Source of the DNA: Conidiobolus incongruus B7586 | Taxonomy: Eukaryota | Reading direction: 5' to 3' | Assembly: GCA_000697335.1 (NCBI GenBank) | Contig: JNEM01008754.1 | Coordinates: 1-41,476, forward strand | Length of the DNA stretch: 41,476 bases | Shown here: piece by piece, positions 1 to 10,348 of the stretch | Layout of the letters: the number at the start of each line of letters is the position of its first letter | Position numbering within the stretch: position 1 is the stretch's first letter | Notes under the pieces: generated by a model | Databases searched by the model: none | Told to the model about the DNA's origin: nothing | The model's input: only the letters and a program-made list of their open reading frames with translations | Made by a program: the position numbers and the translations under genes

Positions 1-2596
1 ATTTGTTGCAACTAAATAATATTTTAATATTTCCTTATCATATGATATAATTGTAGATGTTACCTGATCTTGAGGTAATTTGGAAAAGATTTCGTCAATA
101 TCTAAACTACCAGTAATACTGTCCTTGGTGAATGAGTTTTCCAACACTTTATAAAGGATGTTGAGTAATTGAAATGGGTGATTTAATTTAATAGCTAATT
201 TGATAGCATTCTTATAGTCCTTTTGTACCATGAAATTTGATAGCTCTTGATTTCTAAAATTCAAAATATTAACGAATGAAATGGTATTGGGTTAGGATCA
301 AACTTACTGAATAATCTTAGCTTCTTCCTCCTCGCGCTTGGCTTGCTGATCTGATTCCGTAGTATCCTCCCACAGATTGATGACAGAATCGGCACCTCCC
401 GTCACTAGGAATTGTTCGTCTTTGGAGGTTGCAAGACACCAAATCTAAAAATTAATTAATATCAAAATTGTAAAATCTTGAATCAATTATTACTTTTTCG
501 GTATGACCGTCCAAAGTAGCTACACATTCATTATTCTTAATAGTCCACAACTTCACCAGACCGTCAGCACCACAGGACACGATTTGTAAGCCGCTGGAAA
601 GGAAGCTGGCGCGCAATACGGTGTTGGTGTGGCCTTCGAAGGTTTTGAGACATGAGAAGTCCTTGAGGGACCAGATCTTAACAGTTTTATCACCAGAACT
701 GGTTACCATGATTTGCTCTACTGGAGAGAATTCGACGGACCAAACACCTCGCTTGTGACCGGTACATGTGCCTAACAAGGAACCATCAGCGGTGTTCCAA
801 ACCTTGACGGTCTTGTCCTGGGATGCAGTGGCAAAGATCTTGTCATTGGGGGCGAATGTTACGCAATTGATGGCTTTGTCGTGAGCCTTGAAGGTGTATT
901 TTGATTGAAGTTTAGGGATTTCGGTATCTTCGAGGTCTGAGTCAACTAAATAAATTAATTTAATGAAATTATAATAAATGGTTAATATAATTAAAAATAC
1001 CATAATCAGTGTATTCCCACAATTTCACAGTTAAATCTTCACTTCCCGTGACTAAATATTGAGGACCATTGGATTTTTTAGAAAGTGCAATAGCTCCAAC
1101 CGCTTCGTTGTGACCGACACATTCAGCTAAGCATTCGAAACTAAAACGCTTATTAATATTAATATAACTTAAATGATGCATACTAAATTTACCTCAATTG
1201 CTCGCCAACATTAGCTCTCCATATTCTAGCAGTGTTATCCTTAGAGCCTGAAGCAAATACTGTACCTGAGGGATTGGTAGCCAACGACACAACAATATCG
1301 GAGTGACCAAATAAAAGATCAGTGCAAGATGTAGCCAAATCAATTACCTTCAATTGCTCACTGTTAGAAGCAACGAGTAGGTGAGAATGCTCTTCATTGT
1401 TGTAGGTATATTCCAACAGTTTCAAATCGATAATCTCTTCGTTATATCCGACGATTTGCTTGACTCTAGCTAAATGATCTTCAACTGAGTAGAAGACCAA
1501 ACTGTGGTCATCAGTGACTGCAACCAGCTGCTGAACATCTTTCAAGTAGAGGGTTTGAGTGATTTGGTGCGAGGTAGAACCCTCTTGCACTTGGACGATC
1601 AACTCTTCGCCAGATTCGAGGTCCCAGATCTTAAGTAGTCCAGATTCGCCACCAGTGTAGAATTGGGTGGGCATTTCGTCTGCATCATCGCTAGATCTAA
1701 TGAATCCAACGTCTTCGACAGATTCGTAAAGTGGGATAGATTTCATAGGTTTCAAAGTTTTTGTATTCCATAGCGATACGGTCTTGTCTCTAGAACCCGC
1801 TAACAGAATGGAGCCATCTGGAGTGAAGTCGAGACCTCGAATAACAGATCCATGATGGTTGAAGGTAGCCAAATGCTGACTAGTTTTCAAATCCCACAGG
1901 ATAATCTTGCAGTCGTTGGCACCGGAAGCGAGCCAGATCTGATTCATGTCCTTAGTCTTGGGAGGTGTGAAAAATTTCAGAGCACTGACAACTCCTCCGT
2001 GACGTTTAAAATTGTGGGTGCAATACCCCTTCGTAATGTGGTAGATTTGAATGGTACTGTCTGCCGATCCCAAAGCTACTAAAGTCCCAGATTGATCAAT
2101 CGCCATAACAATGATTGGTGTATCTCTGAGCTACAATTTTTTATTAATATATCAAATAACTCAATGGATAGATAATTTTATTACTTACTCTAATAGTATT
2201 AACCACCTTAAAACTCTCTAGATCCCAAATTCGAACTTGCAAACTTCTACTAGCACTCACTAAGTAAGTTCCCTGAGGGTTCACTGCGAAACATGTAATA
2301 TCTTCGGAATCCTAAATCCGTTAATTCAACACTAATCCTTATTCTTTTTTAAATATTAAACTTACACCAGATAGAGTTTGAATTTTTTGACCAGTTGTCA
2401 AGTCAGATATTATAATATCTTCACCCAAAGTTGTGAATAATCTGTTTGTAAGTGAATTTATTTGCACTGTACCACCAGTGTATATGGTATCGATAGAATT
2501 TGCTAGTTTATAACTAATTTCTTAATTAATTTTTTTTTTCAATGATCAGGATTTTAAAGGAAATTACCTAGTCTTGAGTTTGATAGCATTCGACAT
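1..2596 (-). CDS. UTP13: U3 snoRNA-associated WD40 protein Utp13/TBL3, multi-exon, 3' end outside window
   Basis: ATG at 2596 gives MSNAIKLKTS followed by a GT intron. The next exon has SIDTIYTGG. ORFs 1189-2106, 969-1181 and 452-1003 are consecutive WD40 exons (e.g. HDKAINCVTFAPNDKIFATASQDKTVKVW, GHKRGVWSVEFSP). Downstream exons contain VINLWEDTT..Q...EEE and LSNFMVQKDYKNAIKLAIKLNHPFQL, typical of the start of the Utp13 C-terminal domain. Confidence 0.92.
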
Positions 2597-2775
2597 AATA
2601 TTTAAAGGTTATTTTAATAACTAATAATTTTTATAATTTAATTTTATCTATATATTATTTAAAAAATTTATTAATTTTTTTTATATTATAATCAAAAATT
2701 AAAAATTAAAAATTATAAAAAAAAATTAAAATTTTATAGGTTTATTAATTCAAATTATTATGAAAATTAATATTA

Positions 2776-2787
2776 TCCCATAATTTT
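2776..2787 (+). promoter_or_regulatory. TCCCATAATTTT candidate promoter element in the UTP13/TOM22 divergent intergenic region
   Basis: Starts 107 bp upstream of the TOM22 ATG. The same motif recurs at similar distance before several other genes in this window. Confidence 0.4.
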
Positions 2788-2882
2788 GATAAATGAATTT
2801 TAGTTTTAAATTATTAATTGAATTTGGGGCCAATTAATATTAATTACAGAAAGTTAATATTTATTATTAATAATTTTTCATA

Positions 2883-3345
2883 ATGGTCATTTTAAAAGAA
2901 ATTCCAACCAACGAAAAAGCCGATAAAGTCGTCGTAGAAGATGTCGAAGAAGAGTATACCGACGACGACCAATACACCGATGATGATGATGATGAAGAAT
3001 TCGACGACGAAACCCTTATGGACAGAATTTACGCTCTTAAAGATATTATCCCTCCCAACCAACGTTTGGCTATTTCTAAGACTTTCTCATCTGTTTATAA
3101 CGGAGTTCACACCGCTTTCTCAATCTTAGGTAAGACTGGTTGGGTGTTGAGTACAAGTGCTTTTGTTGTTCTTTTACCCCTCATGATTGCTTACGAAAAG
3201 GATCAGGAATTGTTGATGAGAAGTGGTCAGTACCCTCAAGGTGTTGACCCAAGTGCCCAGGTAAGTATTTTTTCACACTATATTTTTCAAAATTTATTTA
3301 TTTTACTATTTTTAGCAACCTCATCCAGAACAAACCCAACAATAA
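2883..3345 (+). CDS. TOM22: Mitochondrial import receptor Tom22 (exons 2883-3260 and 3316-3345)
   Basis: Acidic N-terminus, ETLMDRIYALKDIIPP, and TM segment GWVLSTSAFVVLLPLMIAYEKDQ. Intron GTAAGT..TTTAG at 3261-3315; last exon QPHPEQTQQ*. Confidence 0.92.
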
Positions 3346-4066
3346 TTGAGACGAAACTATCTGATATATTATAAACCTCGAAAAATAAATTAAGCTATTT
3401 TTATTTTAGAAATTTAATCAAAATTTGTTATAGTTTTGGGATAACTTATTGTGAGGGGCTTTGAGGTGTGTCAGAAACAGTTAATAATATTAACAATTTT
3501 CTTAGTTTATCGATAGTAAAATTATAGTGTGTTAATAAGGTTATCTCAAATCTTAAATATAATATCAATATCTTTAAATGTGCTATATATAAACTTTTAC
3601 ACAGTTATATTAATGAGTTTTATACTTTATACATTCAAATTTTTTATTTAATCATTATTACATCATGTTTCAAATATTATTTTTTGATTTAATATTAAAA
3701 TTAATTAATATTTTTATAATTTATCTCAATTGATTGACAATTTTAATAAATTCAATATTATTTCTAACAAATACTATATTGTATTTGGTATGGTTGTTAA
3801 TATTATTCAGATATTTTGAAAGAATTTTTTAATACTAATCAATATTTTTATAAAAATTTTTAAATTTAATAATTGATAAATTCAATTTAAAACTATAAAT
3901 TGGTAATTTGTTTAAAAATAATTGATAATATAGATGAAAAATGGAAGTAACCTACTATATTTGGAATTTATAGTTCATTTCTCAATAATTAACAATAAAT
4001 TATCCATATCAATTAGTTAATAATAATTCTAAGATTTATTCATAACATTTAAAGTGAATATAAATA

Positions 4067-5481
4067 TTAAAAAATTATACCATGAGATTTGATATAATCT
4101 ACCACTGAAAATTGAAATTTGATACCTTCAGTTTCGCATGTTTTGTATTCTTTACGGTAAGAATCCACCAAATCATTTAGATAGAGTTTTAGATCGCGTA
4201 AACTTTCGTCAGTATCGTTAAATTTGCGTCCTTGATACTCTGGAACTTGAATGTAATTATTGGGTTGATTCCTAGCTTTCTCGGGTGAGTCATCGATCAA
4301 TATCGTATTGGATGTGTCGAATTGTAATGAGACAGTATTGCAGCTAGTGTCAATGCCCAAATAGAGTTGTCTTATCCTTTCGTCCGGTATTTGATTAATT
4401 TCTTTCAAATATATATCTTTAAATATTTTTTGAGCAGGTGGAGATGGCAACGTTTTCAATATTTCATCGGGATTGGTTTTAAATTCGTGATTCCAGATAA
4501 CTGTCAAATCTTTAATGGTTTCTGGATTTTGATAATAGTCACCTAAAATTTCGCAGTGTAATCTCGTTAAATTGCTTAAAAGATAAGGCCTATAGGGTCC
4601 GAAAGCTGCATCGATAATTTTATCCGAGTTGACGGGTTTGGCAGTTGTCCAAGTTATCACGTAAAAGTTTTTCATTGCGAATTCGACAAGTTCATGGATG
4701 TGAGGGCGTAAAAATATTGTTTTGGATTTGTTTCCACTGCGCTTTACCAATACTCCATTCAAATCAAATACTAATAAAATAGGAATTCTTTTTTGTTGAG
4801 CTTCTATCATATTTTGTTCTACTCTCGATGTTGTTTCCTAAAGAATCAAAATATAAATTTTACATTTTAAAAATTGGGTATTTTTAAAATTTAAAATACT
4901 GGATCATTAGGCCATTTAGGTACAATATAAGGCTAATGAAAGATTGTTAGTTTCGCTGAATAATCAAATAGAATTACTATAATATAAATTGAGGATAGAT
5001 TACTTGTCGTCTAGTGTATGGACTAGGAGACCTTGATGAAGAATCAAAGCTATTCTAAACAACTAAAATTAATACTCTAAATAAAAATAAAATTAAGAAA
5101 AATTACATTGGAATTAAGGTCTGAATCAGAATGAAAATTATTAACCAAGTCAATAATAGCCTAATAAAAAATTGTTTAAAATCAAACAATAACCCTTCAA
5201 TCTGTCTATATTACTTTGAGGTCAACTTTTCTTCGCCCTTGTTTGGATTTGGATCCCTTGGACTAAATTGATATTAACAAATTATTATTCAAAATTTAAT
5301 TTAGAAAATTACTTTACACTCCGAATTGTTAGAGTTTTTTCGTTTTGGGTTAGAATTACTATTGTTATTTAGATCATCATCCTAAATTAAAATTAATAAC
5401 AATTATATCAAATTATATATTAGTAAAAATTACTTCAACCAAAATTTGTGGTAAAGAAGTATTAGAATTTACAAGATTCAT
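4067..5481 (-). CDS. FCP1/NIF-like HAD-superfamily phosphatase domain protein with several small 5' exons
   Basis: LLVFDLNGVL (motif I variant), FLRPHIHELVEF, WTTA, KDL..IW, NTILIDDSPEKA..QPNN. Upstream GT-AG-bounded micro-exons extend to a probable ATG at 5481; the 5' structure is less certain. Confidence 0.8.
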
Positions 5482-6169
5482 TAGGGTTAGATGAAAAGAA
5501 TTTTGAATATATTTAATTGGGGATATTAAGATTACAGTATTAAATTGAATTCTAAATTAAAAAGGTTAAAAGTTATTAATTAGAGTAATTTATCATAAAT
5601 TTAACTTGAATTTATAAAATGCGGTTTTGAATTATGAATTTGAAACAAAACTTAAAAGTTAATTAAGATTGAATATTCATTTATATTAATATATTATAAT
5701 TAATAAATGTCAATTATAATACCATATCATTCTATAATTGAGGTTTCAACATTTCTCAAAATCTAATACTTATATTAAAATAATACACAATTACAAGTTA
5801 TTAGATTGAAGATAATTGTTTACACTCTGCTATGTCCATAATTGATTGAAAATTTTGTAATATATCAAAAATGAATTAAAATGAGATGGAAAGTATAGGA
5901 TCATTTTAATAAACTTAAAATGATCGAATAAATTACTATATATCAAATAAACAAATTGTGTGATTTGTATTTAAAATAATAGATGAAGAATGAATTCAAA
6001 TAAATTTCAAGATAATACAAATGAATACAAAATTACCTAAAGTGATTGATATGGTAACAAATGTTTAAATTAGATCTCAATATGGATTTTGACATTTAAA
6101 TTTAAATATGATCAATTAATAATCTAATTCTTGGATCCAAAATTATTGTTTGTATTGTGTTTTATTTTT

Positions 6170-6982
6170 TTAAATCTCGAGACGAAGCAATAACTCTATA
6201 TGTTCCAGATCATCCGGGGTGGGAGTAGCTGGAAACAAAGATTCAAACGCGGCACCCTCCTTATTATTGCTCTTGAACTTGGATACAAATTGGCATTTCA
6301 GGGGATGAGTCTCCCAGTATACATCCAGGGCATATGGCGCAGATACTTCTCTGGATATCTTACTCGAGTACTTGGACGCGATCACTGCATGGTCTGAGCT
6401 ATAGTAAAGAGGGCTTAGTCTATATCCGCCAATAATGCATCATCCGGAAATATAGTATGCCCAGTAGGAATCGCCATTGTGCCTTTGATGTAGAAGCGCA
6501 CACATGTCACGCGATGGTGCAGGGAAGTCCTCCAGACGGAACCATGTCAGTGGGGTTAAGTCAATGTCCTGATACTCATCCAGCATGGTCCTTGCCTCAG
6601 CGTCGTGGCGGTACACTATCAATGCGAAAACGGTGTATATTCTAAATTCAATTTCATCTTCGAATACTCGATTCTGACGCTGGTGGAAGTACAACAATGC
6701 AATACTTGGATGCTTTAAAATACCGTAATTTACGGAGAGTTCGACGGGCCATATGTCTACCGGAAGCTCCGTTGCTGTATCGTCTATGAACTGCTGAGCT
6801 GTCGGCGAAGATGCTTGAATTACTGTTTTTTTATTGAATGAATGAAGAAGATTTTTATTAGACCTAAGGACGAATAAAAGCGATATTTTGCAGAATATAT
6901 TGATCCGTAACTTGTGAGATCCATCCAAAGATACGGTTCCAGAGTTAAGGGTTTTGTTTGTATTGGGAGTTATTGGGGACAA
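6170..6982 (-). pseudogene. GC-rich intronless orphan ORF interrupted by a single in-frame TGA
   Basis: ORFs 6440-6982 and 6170-6385 share one frame. The 54 nt between them read ISG*CIIGGYRLSPLYYSSDHAVIAS with no other stop. Composition is visibly more GC-rich than the flanks. No family recognised. Confidence 0.45.
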
Positions 6983-7560
6983 AGTAATAACAGTATACTC
7001 AAGAGTGGGAGGGGATTGTAAATGGTATTATGGGGTATGGAATGGTGTTAGCAGTTTAAGGACTTACTAAGGTCCTTGTTTTTTTATTTTCAGACTTTAT
7101 CATTTTTAACTACATTTAATTGAAATAATTGTTATGGGATTGAGATAAATTAATTATTGTTTTATTGAATCCTAATTTTAAATTTCAAAATTAAGGGTCC
7201 AACTCGATTGGATAGTTAAGGCAATAATATTTGATAGATTATATTATACAATGAATCAACTATTTAAAAAATTTACTATCAACCATCTTATTATAAATCT
7301 CAACAATAAGAATATAATAAAAATTTTGAAATTTTATAATGTAATAATATGAATCTATATTGGCCAATAATATAAAATTAGATGAATAAATATAATTTCA
7401 GTTTAACTTTAACACTGGTAATCTTAGATTAATTATCATTTGCAATATAAATGCTTGAATATTATTATTGAATAGTATTAAATTTTAAATAATATAATAT
7501 CAAACATATAATAGTTATTCGTCGTTATATATAAATAATTTTCAGTAATTTTTTGTCTTT

Positions 7561-7900
7561 GAAATTAAAAAATAATTTGGAATCTCATTATATCAATATA
7601 GATATTATAAAGTTAGAAAAGCTAGAACCATATCAAATCGAGGTAAATTAAAGATTTATTTAGTCTGAAATATTAAATCACTTTTTAATTAAGAAAAATA
7701 CAATATCGAAATATCAAACAACATATTATCTGAGACATTTTAAATTATTAGAAATTTTAAATAATAAGTTTAAAGCCTGGAAAAAAATGAATGTTGAATA
7801 TAAAATCATTTAAGATACTAAATCATAATATAATTACAAATATTTAAATTTGATCAAATTTAATATATATAAAAATAATTTTTGAATATTATTTCTAAAA
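7561..7900 (+). pseudogene. tnpA: IS607-family TnpA (MerR-type HTH + serine recombinase) remnant
   Basis: 7561: EIKK*FGIS (HTH start). 7621: ARTISNRGKLKIYLV*NIKSLF (cf. irt..gGkRlY..di). 7796: EYKII*DTKS*YNYK (cf. eyeiIqDigSGlNykR). The catalytic YARVS motif is no longer clearly readable. Confidence 0.55.
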
Positions 7901-8099
7901 AAACAAGCATAGTTATTATATATCAAAAAAATTTTAAATTCTTTTTTAAAGGAAAATGATATATCATTTACCACCCATTATTACAATAATAAAATACATA
8001 ATATAATAAAAAAATCATAATTTATATTTAGCTAAGTAAATAAAAAGAAATTAACAAAATCGAAAAACATATAAGAAAGTGTGAAAAAACAAAACTGAT

Positions 8100-9212
8100 T
8101 CAAACTTGCAAAATAAAGATAGCCATTGGTGGATTGGTTTGGGGTAACATAATAAATATATAATCAATATATCATGGAATCTGAATATTATGTTATTTCA
8201 AATTAAATAATGCTCAAATCAAATGTTTGAACATATTTTGATTTGAGTATGAAAACCAATGAATACAAAACTCTACAATATTGAAAGATAAAATAATAAA
8301 TGGTATTTAAAAAATAGCGTAAAATTCAATTCATATAAAAATTAAGTACAATTTAATAAATTATTATTTACTCTTAATATTACAATAAGCAGTTGTTTTT
8401 TTATTTTATTTTTTTAATAATGATCTAATTTTATACATTAAGCCATCACCGAAAAATATAATTTTAATTATTTAATTCACAAGTCAAAGCTTGATAAATA
8501 TCATTTTTTCATTTTGGTGCCATTACTAATTAATAAAATAGCTAAGCCTTTAGATTTATTATTATTGAAAAAGGAGTTCTAGCTTTTAATTTTAAATAAA
8601 AGTTACTATAAAAAACCACTCTCCTATTAATCTATTTATCAAACCATGAAAATAATATATAAAAGAATTTATTTTGTTTCTTTTGCTAATAATAAGCTAA
8701 ATATAAAATAAACTCAAAAGGAAATTGTATATAAAAAATATTCAGAGATTAAAAAAATAGATGAAAAACAGTACAGAGACACTGAAAGTACACAAAAAAT
8801 TACCAAATTCATTATTGAACAAAATCACATTGTTTTAATTAATGAATTAAAGACTCAAAAGATAATGATAAGAATAAACAAATGTATTAATAGTAAAGAT
8901 GTTAGAGCAATGTCAAGATACTCATATTATAGATTTAAACAAAGCTAACTTAATAAAATGAGAAAGTGCCTTTGGTGCAAGGTAATCATTTACATCAAGC
9001 ATCATATGAGAAAAATATGTGGTAATTGTAGATATTTGCCTATGCAACTTGGATCAAGCAAGATTTTCAAATGTCTTTGATGTCATGTAAAAATGGGTCA
9101 AAATATTAACACTATTAGAAACTCACTACTTCGCTATCTAACAATCAATCAGCCCAATCTCCTAGGATTAGCGTTGAGGCCTATCCCCTTAGAGTCTCTG
9201 GACTCTATATAG
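8100..9212 (+). pseudogene. Fanzor2 / TnpB RNA-guided RuvC nuclease remnant (frameshifts and stops)
   Basis: LVDWFGVT**IYNQ (WFG at 8135; cf. WFG.tRw.YN). KLDKYHFFILVP (cf. rLg.yyl.iP). Split RuvC-I LDL(P)..GVL(R)A(T)F at 8550-8587. VHKK..KF...NHIVLINELKTQKIM. INSKDVRAMSRYSYYRFKQKL/LNKMRKCLWCKVII..K(E)HHMRKI, then CGNC (9018-9029), LGSSKIFK, CL*C (9072-9083), MGQNINTIRNSLLRYL (cf. mDRDvNgARNiLLryl). Confidence 0.88.
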
Positions 9213-9260
9213 GACTTGGATAAGGGTGATTAAATTTGATCAACTTTGGACAAAATGTAA
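9165..9260 (+). ncRNA. Putative omegaRNA scaffold / transposon right end overlapping the Fanzor C-terminus
   Basis: Perfect hairpin TAGAGTC-TCTG-GACTCTA (9190-9207), enclosed by CCTAT/ATAGG (9180-9184/9209-9213). Alternative pairing CCCTTA/TAAGGG (9186-9191/9221-9226). Near-palindrome TGATTAAATTTGATCA (9227-9242). Position matches where TnpB/Fanzor omegaRNAs are encoded. Confidence 0.55.
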
Positions 9261-10046
9261 TGATTAACTTTAAATTATATAGCAATATCCTATTATTTCT
9301 AAATCGATTAATTTTTAATACTGATATTATATAAAAGTTATTCATTTTCTCAATTTTTAATATTAATTCAAATTTAAAGTAATCGACTTTGAAATATTAC
9401 TATAATCTTAATTTCAAAGGAATAAATAATAACTACTGTGGGTTATTGATTTTGATATTAAATTATAAAGCCTTTGGAATAAAACACAACATCTGTGATT
9501 TGTAAAAGTTAAACTTGATTCGAGCTATACAGATTCAAAATATTTTTGAGATTACTTTATTAGTAGAACAAGTTCATTTATTTGATAGTTTAAAGTAGAT
9601 TAATAATATTATTATACAACAAATATGATTATCAAAATATCAATGAACCTTAATATTTAAAATACTTCTATCATAAATTTAAAAATTATCTAATTTGTTT
9701 GCATAAAATAATATTTGCAAAATAGAAAATTCTTCTATAGATAATGACATATTTGAAAAATTACCAATTCGAAATTTTTGATATTGAAATTAGTGAAATA
9801 ATAATATAATTATTATCACCCTCCAATGACTATTAAGTCTATTCTTAGTTTTAATATATTCAAATCAAATAACTTACTAATTAATTGCTAATCCTTATCA
9901 ATTCATATTTAAAATTTCAATTACTAGAATTATAAATTACTAAATAGTGAAATACTGTCATTTGATCAATTGCAATCATACCACCTTTAACAATATGTAA
10001 CTAAATACGCTTTGTCATCAACCCCACAAGAATAATGGTTTATACA

Positions 10047-10064
10047 TATATATATATATATATA
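10047..10064. repeat. (TA)9 microsatellite
   Basis: tatatatatatatatata read directly. Confidence 0.85.
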
Positions 10065-10348
10065 ATTATACTACAATTATTTAATTTTTTATATCTATAA
10101 AAACTGCAAATAATAATATTTATTAAAAGTTTTTTAAAGATTTAAATGCAAAAATTAAAATTTTTTGAAATTTTGTATTTAGTTGTCACACTTATTCAAT
10201 GTTATGAATTAAAAGGGTTAAATTTATATTAAAATAATTCCCATACCTATTTAAAACACTATTTTTTAATATTCTTTCACTATAGTACAATCTCAATTAC
10301 TTTATTTCTTTTTCTTTAATTAAAATTTTTTTATAAAATCCATCAAAA

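Larger units (their letters stand above)
7545..9260 (+). mobile_element. Degenerate IS607-like / Fanzor2 transposon (tnpA + fanzor + structured right end); boundaries approximate
   Basis: A serine-recombinase-like remnant is followed on the same strand by a TnpB/Fanzor remnant and a hairpin-rich 3' end, the canonical IS607 layout. Confidence 0.75.

Noticed and set aside
1852..2082. Plus-strand 76-aa ORF, and similar short overlapping ORFs at 2941, 6200, 6457, 13745, 16009, 16044, 16594, 17261, 17284, 25216, 32276, 39586, 39869 and 39930
   Set aside because: Antisense or alternate-frame shadows of better-supported genes, with no recognisable motifs.
6440..6442. In-frame TGA as selenocysteine or an alternative genetic code
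   Set aside because: No redox-motif context or recognisable SECIS; Trp in this ORF is otherwise TGG; a single G>A nonsense change is simpler.
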